From the NCBI GenBank assembly GCA_013239625.1, contig MU053493.1, positions 443,793 through 507,792 on the forward strand: a stretch of DNA of 64,000 nucleotides. Reading direction: 5' to 3'. Origin of the DNA: Lama guanicoe (taxonomy: Eukaryota). Shown here one piece after another: positions 52,664 through 64,000 of the stretch. A program made the position numbers and the translations under genes. How positions within the stretch are numbered: the first letter of the stretch is position 1; every line of letters begins with the position of its first letter. The notes under the pieces were generated by a model. That model worked only from the letters and a program-made list of their open reading frames with translations. It made no database searches and was not told the origin of the DNA.

Positions 52664-53320
52664 TTATCAAAGGGAAATTGGACAATTCCTCCACAATGGA
52701 GGTAAGGAACAGTATGTCTGGAATACAGAATATCCTGTAGAGATTCTCTTGATATTACCCTGCCCTGTGATTAAGGTCAAGGGAAAAATGCAACAACTCA
52801 ATCCAAGCAACACTGGCAATGACCCAGACCCTTCAGGAGTGAAGCTATGGGTCAGCCCCACCAGGTGAGGTGAAAGGGATCCAGAACTTTCAGTAGGAAA
52901 AAGGTTGCTATAAAGACTAGCTACTGCTAAATAACCAGCTATAGAAAAAAGGAGTGTAAGTGTCATGAGCATTTCCTTCTTATACTGTTAGAGGTATGTC
53001 TGTGTGTGTGTATATACATACATTGAGCAATCCCCTCTTCTTTTCTTACCATGTAACATAAAATATACTGGATTTACATCAATAGTATTTAAGCGTTGTT
53101 AATTTTACATCACACCATTTGTTCCTGAATGTCAGGAGAAGAGTCATCTTTACTCAAGGACTTTACCTCCTCTTCTGAGGAAGGGGTAAGCATGTTTTTG
53201 GTTGTATGCAGGACAGTTTTATCATGTTAGAGAGAATTATGACCTTGTGATTGTCTTCATTTGGAGATTGAGTATGTTTTAAGGTGATGCTTATAGATGC
53301 AAATTTGGCAAGGGGAGGTC
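52664..53320 (+). mobile_element. ERV-L internal, 3' continuation (rest of dUTPase to PPT)
   Basis: Resumes exactly where 1-3632 stops (..tatcaaagggaaattgg..ccacaatggaggtaagg); PPT caaggggaggtc. Confidence 0.88.
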
Positions 53321-53852
53321 TGTGATGATCAATTTTTCATGTCAGTTTGACTGGGCTAGGGGAAGTGCAGATAGTTATACATCTTGAACTCTGGCAGTGT
53401 CTGTGAGGATGTTTCTCAAAGGGGCTGGCATTTGATTGAGGAGACTAAGGGTATCCACCTTCAACAACGTAGACAAGCATCATCTAATAGGAAGAGAGTG
53501 CCTGAATAGAACAAAAAGGCCAAAGAAGGGCAAGCTCCCTCTCTCTCTTCTTGATCTGAGTCTCCATCATTTCTTATCCTGAGACATCAGAGTTCTCAGC
53601 CTCTGGACAATGGACTTTCATCAGTGGTCCCCTGGTTCTTGGGTCTTTGGTCTTAGACTAAGTTATACCACTACTTTGCTGATTCTGCAGCTGGCAGATG
53701 GCAAATTGTGGAACTTCTTGACTTCCATAACTGCATAAGACAATTCCTAAAAATAATCTCCTATTATATAGATATACATACACACACACACACATAATAC
53801 ACACATACTACTGGTCCTGTGGTCCTCCTTCTTGAAGAGCTCTAAAAATGTA
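53321..53852 (+). mobile_element. MLT2-family LTR (3' LTR of ERV-L)
   Basis: tgtgatgatcaatttttcatgtcagtttgactgggctag... directly after the PPT. Confidence 0.85.
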
Positions 53853-53896
53853 TTTTATTGTGAAATAATAATTAATTATCCATAAAAGTGACAACA

Positions 53897-54035
53897 GGAG
53901 GTGGGGATGGTATAGCTCAGTAGTAAAGTGCCTGCTTAGCATGTATGAGGTCCTGGGTTCAATTCCCAGTACCTCAACTAAGAAATAAATAAAATAAATA
54001 AACCTAACTGCCTTTCCCTCCTCAAAAAAAAAATC
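53897..54035 (+). mobile_element. tRNA-derived camelid SINE (Vic-type)
   Basis: tagctcagtagt / ggttcaattcc boxes; TSD aaaagtgacaaca / aaaaatgacaata. Confidence 0.9.
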
Positions 54036-54513
54036 AAAAATGACAATAAAAGATTTCAAATGTAAATATAAAATCTGGAAAAATAGTTACTGCAATAATA
54101 ATACTCAATTCTCTTAAGTACTGTACAAGGGCATGATTAAAGCAAAATGAAGCATGTGGTATTATTTTGAATAAGTCACATAATCTTTGTTTCCTAGGTA
54201 GATTACTCTAAAGGCAATGAAAAACTTCACAATCTCCTATTAAAAATAGACCTGCAGACAGACAAGTCCAAGATGGCAGAGTAGTAGGATGCTCGTAGCT
54301 CACCCTCTCCCACAGATACACCAAGACTCACATCCACAGACCCACTCAGCCAACCAGAGCAACTACACAACTCTGAAAGAACACTGTCCTCTTCAAAAGA
54401 CAAAAACGTCAAAAATCTGTTTTATTCCTACATAGGCATTAGATAGATAAATAAACTCCTTTAAGGACCACAATAGATAACTGATACTCCATAAGCCACA
54501 GTACCAGAGACAT

Positions 54514-55401
54514 ATGAGCAAGATGAAGAAGCAGAGAAACCATTCCCAATTAAAAGAACAAGAGAAATCCCCTGAAAGAATGATCAATGAAATAGACATT
54601 GATAGCCTACTAGATCAAGATTTCAAAAAAAGAGTGATCAAAGTATTGAAGGAACTAAAAGAGATAGTGTTTAGAGATATAAAATATGTCAAAAAAGAAA
54701 TCAAAGCTATAAAGAAGAGCCAAGTAGAATAGGTAAACTCATTGGTGGAGATGAGAATGGATATAAAGGCTGTGCAAAGCAGACTAGATAATGCAGAGGA
54801 ATAAATTACTGACCTAGAAGACAGGACAACAGAAAGCACCCAATCAGAACAACTGCAAGATAAACATATAAAAACAAATAAAGCAACATACGGGACTTAT
54901 GGAATAATATAAAACATTCCAATCTTCACATAATAGGGGTCCCAGAAGGGAAAGAAAGATTAAAGGGGATTGAAAAGATTTTTGAATAAATCATGACTGA
55001 AAACTTCACAAACTTAAAGAAGGAATCAGATATCCAAGTATAGGAAGTTCTAAGGGTCCCAAACAGGAAGAACCCAAACAGACTCATATCAAGACATATC
55101 AGAATCAAGATGGCCAGATTCAAGGATAAAGAAATGATCCTAAAGGCAGCAAGAGAAAAACAAAGAGAGTTACAAGGGAACCCCCATAAGGCTTTCAGCT
55201 GATTTCTCAGCCAGAAGGGAGTGGCAAGATGTATTCAAAGTCCTGAATGAAAAAAAAAAGATGCAGCCTAGGATACTCTATCCAGTAAGGCTATCCTTTA
55301 GAATAGAAGGAGAGAGAAAGTACTTCACAGCCAAGCAAAAACTAAAAGAGTTTAGTAACACTAAACCCACGCTAAAAGAAATAGTGACATGTCTACTCTA
55401 A
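54514..55401 (+). pseudogene. L1 ORF1 (disrupted)
   Basis: MSKMKKQRNHSQLKEQEKSPE start; internal stops. Confidence 0.9.
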
Positions 55402-55776
55402 ATAGAAAAGCAGTGGGATGCTACAGAAATGAGAAACTCATAACTGGAAAGGTGATAACTCATGAATTACAAATAAAATGAACACGAAACTGTAAAAGAC
55501 ATTGAAATCATTAAGAGTCGGAGAGGGAAGCAAGAAAATACAGAGTATTTTTTTTCTTTCTTTTTAAATTTTTTTTGTTTTCAGTAGGATGGGTTATAGA
55601 TATAGTAATGGGCTAATAGACTTACAGAAAAGGGTAACCACAAGCCAAAAACTTACAAGGGAGTCACAAAAACTAAATAAAATCTATGATAATACAAAGG
55701 AAAATTACCAAACCACAAAAGGAAGAAGAAAGGAACAAAGAGGAAATACCAATTCAACTGCAAAAAGAAGTTCAAA

Positions 55777-58700
55777 ATGGCAATAAACACACATCTATCA
55801 TTAATTACTGTAAATGTTAATGGACTAAATGCTCCCATCAAAACACATAGAGTGGCAGACTGGATAATAAAGCAGGAACATTCAATATGCTGCATACAAG
55901 AGACCTACTTTAGGGAGAAACACACATACAGATTGAGAGTGAAAGGATGGAAAAGGATATTCCATGCAAATGGAAAAGCCAAAAAAGCCGGTATAGCAGT
56001 ACTGATTTCAGATAAAATAGACTTTAAAACAAAGGCCATAAAGAAAGATAAAGAAGGACATTTTATAATGATTAAAGGAGTGATACAAGATGAGGATACT
56101 ACACTCTTTAATATATATATGCACCCAATATAGGAGCACCTAAATACATAAAACAATTACTAACAGAGATAAAGGGGGATATTGATGGGAATACAATCAT
56201 AGTTGGAGATTTTAACAATGTATTAACATCACAAGACAGATCTTCCAGACAGAAAATAAATAAGGTAACAGAGAAATTAAACAATACAATAGAAAAAATA
56301 GATTTGGTGGATATTTTCAGAGATTTACACCCCCCAAAAATAGGATATACATTCTTTTCAAGTGCACATGGAACATTTTCTAGGATTGATCATGTACTTG
56401 GGCACAAAAAAACACCTCAACAATTTTAAGAAGATAGAAATTATCTCAAAAATCTTCACTGACCACAATCCCATGAAACTAGAAATAAACAACAGAGAAA
56501 TAAGGGAGGGAAAAAAGAAAGCATGGGGATTAAATAATACACTATTAAAAAACCAATGAGTCAAAGAGGAAATCAAAGCTGAAATTAAAAAAAAATCCTG
56601 AAACAAATGAAAATGAAAGCACAACTGCACAAAATTAATGGGATACAGCAAAGGCTGTGCTAAGAGGGAAATTTATAGCGATACAGGCCTTCATCAAAAA
56701 AGAAGAACAATTTCAAATAAACAATTTAACCCACTAAATAAAAGGACTACAAAAAGAAGAACAAAAAACCCAAAAAGGCAGCAGAAGGAAGGAAATTATA
56801 AAATAAAGATCAGGAGGAAATAAATAAAACAGAGATTTAAAAAACAAACAGAAAAAAAAACAATCAAACCAAAAGCTATTTTTTTTTGAAAAAGTAAGTG
56901 AAATTGACAAACCTCTGGCCAAACTCACAAGAAGAAAAAGAGAGCACAAATTAGCAAAATAAGAAAGGAAAATGGAGGAATTACAACAAATAAAATAGAA
57001 ACACAAGAATATTATGAAAAACTATATGGAACCAAAGTGGATAACCTAGATGAGATGGACAAGTTTCTGGAAACATACAGTCCACCAAGACTGAATCAAG
57101 AAGAAACTGACTGCTTGAACAAACAGATCACTAGAAATGAAATCGAAATAGCAATAGAAAACCTTCCTACAAATAAAAGCCCAGGACCAGATGGCTTCAC
57201 TGTGGAATTCTACCAAACATACAAAGAAGAACTCATATCAGTCCTTCTCAAGCTCTTCTAGAAAACTGAAAAGGAGGGAATACTCCCAAACTCACTCTAT
57301 AAAACCACCATCACCCTGATACCAAAACCAGACAAACACACTATCAAAAGAGAATTATAGGCCAATATCACTGAAGAACATAGATGTAAAAATCCTCACC
57401 AAAATATTAGCAAATAGAATCCAACAACACATAAAAAAGATTATACTTCTTGACCAAGTGGGTTTCATCCCAGGGACACAAAGGTGGTTCAACATACACA
57501 AATCAATCAATGTAATACATCACATCAACAAGAGAAAGGACAAAAACCACATGATCATCTCAATAGATGCAGAAAAAGCATTTGATAAAATTCAACACTC
57601 ATTTATGATAAAAACTCTCACCAAAGTGGGTATAGAGGGAACATATGTCAACATAATAAAAGCTATATATGACAAACCTACAGCCAGCATAGTACTCAAT
57701 GGTGAAAAACTCAAAAGCTTCCCACTAAAATCTGGGACAAGGATGCCCACTATGACCACTCCTATTCAACATAGTCGTGGAAGTCCTAGCCACAGCAATC
57801 AGGCAAGGGAGAGAAATAAAAGGGGTCCAAATTGGAAAAGAAGAGGTAAAAGTGTCACTATAAGCTGATGACATGTAACTATATATAGAAGACCCTAAAA
57901 GGTCCACACAAAAACTATTAGAGCTGATAGAAGAATTCAGCAAGGTATCAGGTTACAAAATTAATGTGCAAAAGTCAATTGCATTTCTTTACACTAATGA
58001 TGAATCAACAGAAAAAGAAAGTAAAGAAACAATCCCCTTTAAAATAGCACCCAAAGTAATAAAATATCTGGGAATAAATCTAACCAAGGAGGTGGAAGAA
58101 TTATACTCAGAAAACAATAAATTGATAAAGGAAATTAAAGAAGACCTTAAAAAATGGAAAGGTACCCTATGCTCTTGGATTCAAGGAATCAGTATTGTTA
58201 AAATGGTCACACTGCCCAAGGCAATCTACAGATTTAGTGCAATCCCTATCAAATTACCCAGGACATATTTCACAGAACTAGAACAAATCATAATAAAATT
58301 TATATGGAACTATCAAAGACCTAGAATTGCCAAAGCATTACTGAAGAGAAAGAAAGAGGCTGGAGGAATAACTCTCCCAGACTTGAGACAATACTATAGA
58401 GCTACAGTCATTAAGACAGCATGGTATTGGTACAAAAACAGACATATGGACCAATGGAACAGAATAGAGAGCCTAGAAATGAACCTACAAACTTATGGTC
58501 AACTCATCTTCGACAAAGGAGGCAAGAATATACAATTGTATAAAAAAAGTCTCTTCAGCAAATGGTGTTGGTAAAACTCGACAGCAGCATGTAAAGCAAT
58601 GAAGCTAGAACACTCCCTTACACCATACACAAAAATCAACTCAAAATGGATCAAAGACTTAAACATAAGACAAGATACCATAAACCTCCTAGAAGAAAAT

Positions 58701-59575
58701 ATAGGCAAAACATTATCTGACATATATCTCAAACATGTTCTCCTAGACCAGTCTACTCAAGCAATAGAATTAAAAGCAAGAATCGACAAATGGGACCTAA
58801 TGAAACTTACAAGCTTCTGTACAGCCAAGGAAACCATAAGTAAAACAAAAATACAACCTACAGAATGGGAGAAAATTTTTGTAAATGAAACTGACAAAGG
58901 CTTGATCTCCAGAATATATAAGCAGCTCCCACGACTTAATAAGAAACAACCAACCAACCCAATGTGAAAATGGGCAGAAGACCTAAACAAGCAATTCTCC
59001 AAGGAAGACATACAAATGATCAATAGGCACATGAAAAAATGCTCAATATCACTAATTATCAGAGAAATGCAAATCAAACCATGATGAGGTATCACCTCAT
59101 ACCAGTCAGAATGGCCATCATTCAAAAATCCACAAATGACAAATGCTGGAGGGGCTATGGAGAAAGGGGAACCCTCATATATTGCTGGTGTGAATGCAGT
59201 TTGGTGCAGCCACTATGGAAAACAGTGTGGAGATTCCCAAAAAGACTAGGAATAGACTTACCATCTGACCAGGAATCCTGCTCCTGAGCATATATCCAGA
59301 AGGAACACTACTTCAGGATGACACCTGCACCCCAATGTTCATAGCAGCACAATTTACAATAGCCAAGACATGGAGATAGCCTAAATGTCCATCAATGGAT
59401 GACTGGATAAAGAAGAAATGGTGTATTTATACAACATAATACTATTCTCCCATAAAAACCGACAACATAATGTCATTTGTAGCAACATGGATGCTCCTAG
59501 AAAATGCCATTCTGAGTGAAGTAAGCCAGAAAGAGAAAGAAAAATACCATACGAGATGCTCATATATGGAATCCA
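55777..59575 (+). pseudogene. L1 ORF2 (disrupted)
   Basis: ITVNVNGLNAPIK endonuclease, [21 protein letters not shown]; catalytic YADD changed to stop-ADD (taagctgatgac near 57860). Confidence 0.95.
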
Positions 59576-61219
59576 AAAACAAAGAAACAAACAAACAAAG
59601 CATAAATACAAAACAAACAGACTCATAGACATAGAATACAAACTTGTGGTTGCCAAGGGGGTGGAGGGTGGGAAGGGATAGACGGGATTTCAAAATTGTA
59701 GAAGAGATAAACAAGATTATACTGTATAGCACAGGGAAATATACACAAGATCTTATGGTAGCTCACAACATTGTAAAATGATTATAAATCAATAAAAAAT
59801 GTTGGAAATAAAACAAGAAGCCAAAAGTATATAAAATTCAACATGCGCTTAATAATGAATGTTTCAGTACTTTATCTTATTTTGAAATTATTTAGATATT
59901 AAATGGATATCTACTACTTAACCTTTCATAACTAAAATATTTTGGGAAAGTATTTTTAGGTAGACATTAGAAAACATAACTTTTGTTGAAATAAAGTTTG
60001 TTCAAATAATACTCCATTTAATTTAAAATTTTCATTTGTGTAATCTTTAACATCTAGTATACATAATATTAGTTTATTTGAGTAGTGAACCCAAGCAGAA
60101 TAACAATGTATGCTTGCATTACATTTAATGTTTACAACTCTGAAGATATATCTGTATTATTAAATCAACAATATCAAAGCGGTCTTAAGTACCAAATACT
60201 TACTCATCCCATGTAAATTTGGACAACCTTTGAGTTGGTTCCTATATTTCTGGGAATTTAAGAAGATTTAACATATAAGTGCTTATTTCTCTCTAAGCTA
60301 ATTATGATGAAACTCCCTTAAGAGATTTTATTGATTAATGAGGTAATACCATCAGAAGATAGGCAAATATATATATATTTATATATATATACACACACAC
60401 AAACAGAAACACACAGAGATACACATACACACAGACACAAGTAGAGGCCTTATATTTTTTATTTTAAAACTTATTAGAAACGAGTCAGGCATAAATACAA
60501 TAATACAAAACTCACTAATTTATAGAAGAGTGGATTCTATTTTTTCTCCAATTTATATTTTTATTGGAAATGCATTTATGGCAAATGGTTTAAAGTTAAA
60601 GGTTATATGTTCAATACAAGGGCTAAAAGCTTTTTACCAATATTTATTCAGGGGACTTTTGAGATTTTCTTTGCTTTTATATGTAATCTTATAGACTGCA
60701 TCTTAGGCGAGAGACTATGATGACATCATGCAGCTTTCTGGATGTCTACAAAGCCTCATCTAAATGGATGAAATACCAAGTCAGTTTCCAATTAGTCTTT
60801 TGTTCTATTCAGCCCCAGGTAGTTGCTTTTGGGGGGGTCTCTGAGTCCTTGAGAGCCCCCAATAGGGTGGGGGCCTAAAGTCCCAGTGACTGTAGAGAAC
60901 TGAGGAGCTGGATTCAGAAAGTGATGGTCTGGAAGGAGCAAACAGAGGGGTGGAGGAGGTAAGGCTTGAAGGATGCAGAGGAGCTGAAGAGATGATGGAA
61001 GGTGGTAAAAGGAGGAGAGGAGGTGATGGGAAGAGAGACCTCAGAGAAACCTTTATGAGGGGATCTTCAATTTCTCAAAGAAACCCCTGAAGTTCCAAAT
61101 TATCCTTGGTAACTTAATGACACCAAGAGAAGTAACTGAGAGAGTTACTGATATGGTGGCATACTGTCAGCTGGAGCTCAAGAAGGGGGATATCAGTCAA
61201 ACAGTAAGTTTCCACTGGA

Positions 61220-61453
61220 TTAACAGATACACACTACTATATATAAAATAGATAAACAACAGGGTCCTACTGTACAGTATAGGGAATACATTCAATACCT
61301 TGCAATAGCCTACAATGGAAAAAACTGAAAAAGAATACATATATATGATATACATCACTTTGATATACACACACACACACACACAGACATATATATATAT
61401 CACTGAAAGTAACATAACATTGTAAATCAACTATCTTTCAATTAACAACAACA
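61220..61453 (+). mobile_element. L1 3'-end fragment
   Basis: L1 3'UTR; TSD aagtttccactgga / aagttcccattgga (61206-61219 / 61454-61467). Confidence 0.85.
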
Positions 61454-61514
61454 AAGTTCCCATTGGAGGAGCAGGATCAAATGGAGAGAACAAAGTGGCC
61501 TCAAGAGCCAGGAT

Positions 61515-62370
61515 TAAATACCCAATGGTAATCATCAAAAAGACAAGAGATAACAAATGGTGGCAAGAATGTGGAGGAAAGGAAACCCTCCTACACCATT
61601 GGTGGGAATGTAAATTGGTGCAGACACTATAGAAAACAGTATGGAGGTTCCTCAAAAAATTAAAACTTGAACTACCATGTGATCCAGGAATTCCACTCCT
61701 GGGTATTTATCTGAAGAAAGTGAAAAAAAATTATCTCAAAAAAATTCTGCACCCCCATGTTCATCACAGCATTATTTACAATAGCCAAGGCATGGGGAGA
61801 ACCTAAGTGTCCACTGTCAGATAAATAGATAAATAAAGATATAGATACACAGACACACATATATACACACAAAGGAATATTATTCAGCCATAAAAAGGAA
61901 ATCCTGCCATTTGCAACATGAATGGACCTTGAGGGCATTATGCTAAGTGAAATAAGTCAAACACAAATAATGCATGATGTCATTTATATGTGGAACATAA
62001 AACAAAAACAAGGGAACACATAGATTAGAGAACAAATTGGTGGTTGTCAGAAGTACAGGATGGGTGAAATGGGTGAACTCGGCCAAAAGGTACAAACTTT
62101 CAGTTATAAGATAAATAAGTCCCAGGGATGGAATGTACAGCACAGTGACAATAGTTAACAATACTGTATTGAATATCTGAAAGTTGCTAAGAAAGCAAAT
62201 CTTAAAAGTTCTTATCTCAAGAAAAAATTTGTGACAATCTCTGGGAATGGATGTTAACAAAATGTATTAAGTATACACATGTATATTGTTATGATATATG
62301 TATCAGTATGTTGTTTGCCTGAAACTTACATAATGTTAAATGTCAATTATAGCTCAATAATAATAGTAAA
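61515..62370 (+). mobile_element. Older L1 (L1MA-like) 3' fragment
   Basis: ORF2 end + 3'UTR; TSD aagagc(c/t)aggat (61503-61514 / 62371-62382). Confidence 0.85.
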
Positions 62371-62694
62371 AAGAGCTAGGATACTTTTTTTCTGGCTCGA
62401 GATTCAGGGAATGACCCCCCAATCAGAACAAGGAGCCAGCAAGGACTTCCATTCCAAGAAGTCTGATACTCTTGTGCGAGAGTACTCAGAACTGAAAGAA
62501 TCAAACCGTGTCTTCACCATGCTTCAATAGACCTTTGCCTGGAGCACTCGGTCAGGAGGCTGGACTCACCAACAGATACCAAAATGGGAAGGACGACTTG
62601 AGATCAGACAAAGGTCTCTGCAGCTGAAAGGTCTAGAAACTCCAAGGGTCCAGTGGTGGTTCTGATCCAAACCCAAGCCGTGGAGCCAGAAAAC

Positions 62695-63199
62695 TGTCAA
62701 AGATAAAATCAGATGCTAGTTAAAGGTTCAAGAACAGATTTTTCATCAGAAATACACTGTTGTAATAAGGAAAGGGTCCAGCGTGAGCTGAACTCTGCTT
62801 CTACTTGCTCAGAGGTGACTGAGCATCTCAAAGGGAGACTAAGGGAATAGAGGAGGGGGGTGGGGGTTCAGGAAAGTGAGAAGTTAGCAGAAAGTGGTAA
62901 AGGAGGGGTGTCCGTCTGAGAGTTTGTTAAGGAGCACTCACCAAAGTCAGGCTCCCACAGAGACAGGAGCCCTATCTCCAAGAGTGGGATGAATAAACAG
63001 TGAATTCCTTCGGCTGAGTTTTCTCAGGCCTGCGCTTTCATGGGGGAAGGGAGGGTCCAGGGGCAACCCAGGGAGCAGCTTGAGCTGTTAGAAACTTGTT
63101 ACTTTTTTCTGAAGTCTTTACAGGCCAAGGAGATTGAGGCTTAGTCCAGAGGAGGGCTCAGAGGGGCCTGGCTAGTTTGGTCAGAGAGAATCTTTGTTA
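62695..63199 (-). mobile_element. MER31-like 5' LTR
   Basis: Minus strand taacaaagattctctctgaccaaact...tttgaca, followed by a PBS-like tggctccacggc. Confidence 0.78.
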
Positions 63200-63409
63200 G
63201 AGGCAATACGCCAAGGAAGAACGGCGTGGAGAGGAACAGAGGAAGGGCGGGAGGAAGGAAGAAAACCACCAGAAGCTGAGAGTGACCAAACAAAGGCAAT
63301 TTACGCTGAAGGAAAGATTATTTTTTAAGAACAAACTGTTAATAATCTACCAATACCAGATTTGGCTAACTACTGTCACATCACCCCTCAAACAGCTGAT
63401 GAATAGGAT

Positions 63410-63900
63410 GCAGTAGGAAAGCGCTCTGTGGAGAGAAAGCGGAGAAAATCCCAAGGACTGTGTCGGGGAATCAAAGAGCCTCCAAGGAATACACAGAGGG
63501 ATCCAGGGCCAGCGAGCAACAGCGGGTAAACGCCTGCCCACCGCCCGACTGCGGCACCTGCGCGCCCCCTGCCGGCCCCACCCGTCTTGCTCCTAGTCGA
63601 GTACCATCCATGTGCCGCTGAGGACCCCCTTCATCCGCGGTTCTCTGCGAGGACTGCTCTTGGCTCCCACATATGGACACCAGGTGGCGCTGTGACCCGC
63701 CGCTCCGAACGTTCTGATCGCTGTCTCCAACCCGCCTAGAAGTGCACAAGGACCAAGGAGACAGAAGGCTGCAACTCAAGCGGGGTGGGGAGGGGGTATA
63801 TGGGAAGGGGGAGACAGACAGGTGAACACGAGCACTCAAAGTCCCTCACACTTGCTCTGCGCGGGCCCAGAACCCCTACTGGAACTCTCCAGGGACCTCC
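63410..63900. promoter_or_regulatory. CpG-rich non-repeat segment with CTCF-like motif at 63677-63692
   Basis: The densest CpG cluster in the window; acaccaggtggcgctg matches the CTCF core CCASYAGRKGGCRS at all but the first base. Confidence 0.55.
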
Positions 63901-64000
63901 CCAGTAGGCAGGGACCATCCTCACTTGTTTTGTCTTCCCAACACGCAGATCTCATGAGCCTGGGGTAAATGTCAAGGAACAACACCCAGACGTTCAAAAT

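Larger units (their letters stand above)
54257..59815 (+). mobile_element. L1 (camelid family) with intact 5' terminus but most of the 5'UTR removed; inactive
   Basis: ccaagatggcagagtag 5' end, junction at 54419/54420, ORF1, ORF2, 3'UTR, aataaa; no TSD found. Confidence 0.95.
59820..62694 (-). mobile_element. Another MER31-like internal segment (also 54049-54256), split by L1 fragments
   Basis: Homologous to 43590-44790 and 51215-51978; ends at the LTR at 62695. Confidence 0.7.

Noticed and set aside
57966..58574. 202-aa ORF
   Set aside because: Fragment of a disrupted L1 ORF2
63347..63924. Minus-strand ORFs (62-122 aa) in the CpG-rich end
   Set aside because: No recognisable domain; ORFs of this length are expected in GC-rich DNA
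1..64000. CRISPR arrays, operons or prokaryotic defence systems
   Set aside because: Sequence is mammalian repeat-rich DNA; no repeat-spacer array or dense coding structure

Overview
Mammalian genomic DNA, most likely camelid (alpaca/camel), judged from tRNA-headed Vic-type SINEs and the L1 family. The window is almost entirely nested retroelement sequence and contains no intact host protein-coding gene. The backbone is an old ERV-L (ending in an MLT2 LTR) interrupted in its dUTPase region by a MER31/MER67-like ERV1. That ERV-L|LTR junction recurs in inverted orientation, which suggests an ancient three-copy rearrangement. Nested inside are: a near-complete gammaretroviral provirus (LTRs 14055-14407 and 21863-22208, TSD GTGC) with a candidate pre-gag ORF, a hydrophobic pre-env ORF and an SU-only env; a His-primed ERV1 with a tandemly duplicated RT core; a MER41-like provirus; two near-full-length and one ORF2-deleted L1; two copies of an ORF1-only (HAL1-type) retroposon with a chimeric tail; a full-length processed TUBA1A pseudogene; Tigger remnants; and SINEs. 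The last ~600 bp are a CpG-rich unique segment with a CTCF-like motif. Family names come from my recollection of consensus sequences, and divergence values are by-eye estimates; both need RepeatMasker/Dfam and alignment confirmation. I see no convincing novel host system. The best leads are the HAL1-type family, the ERV accessory ORFs and the duplicated junction.
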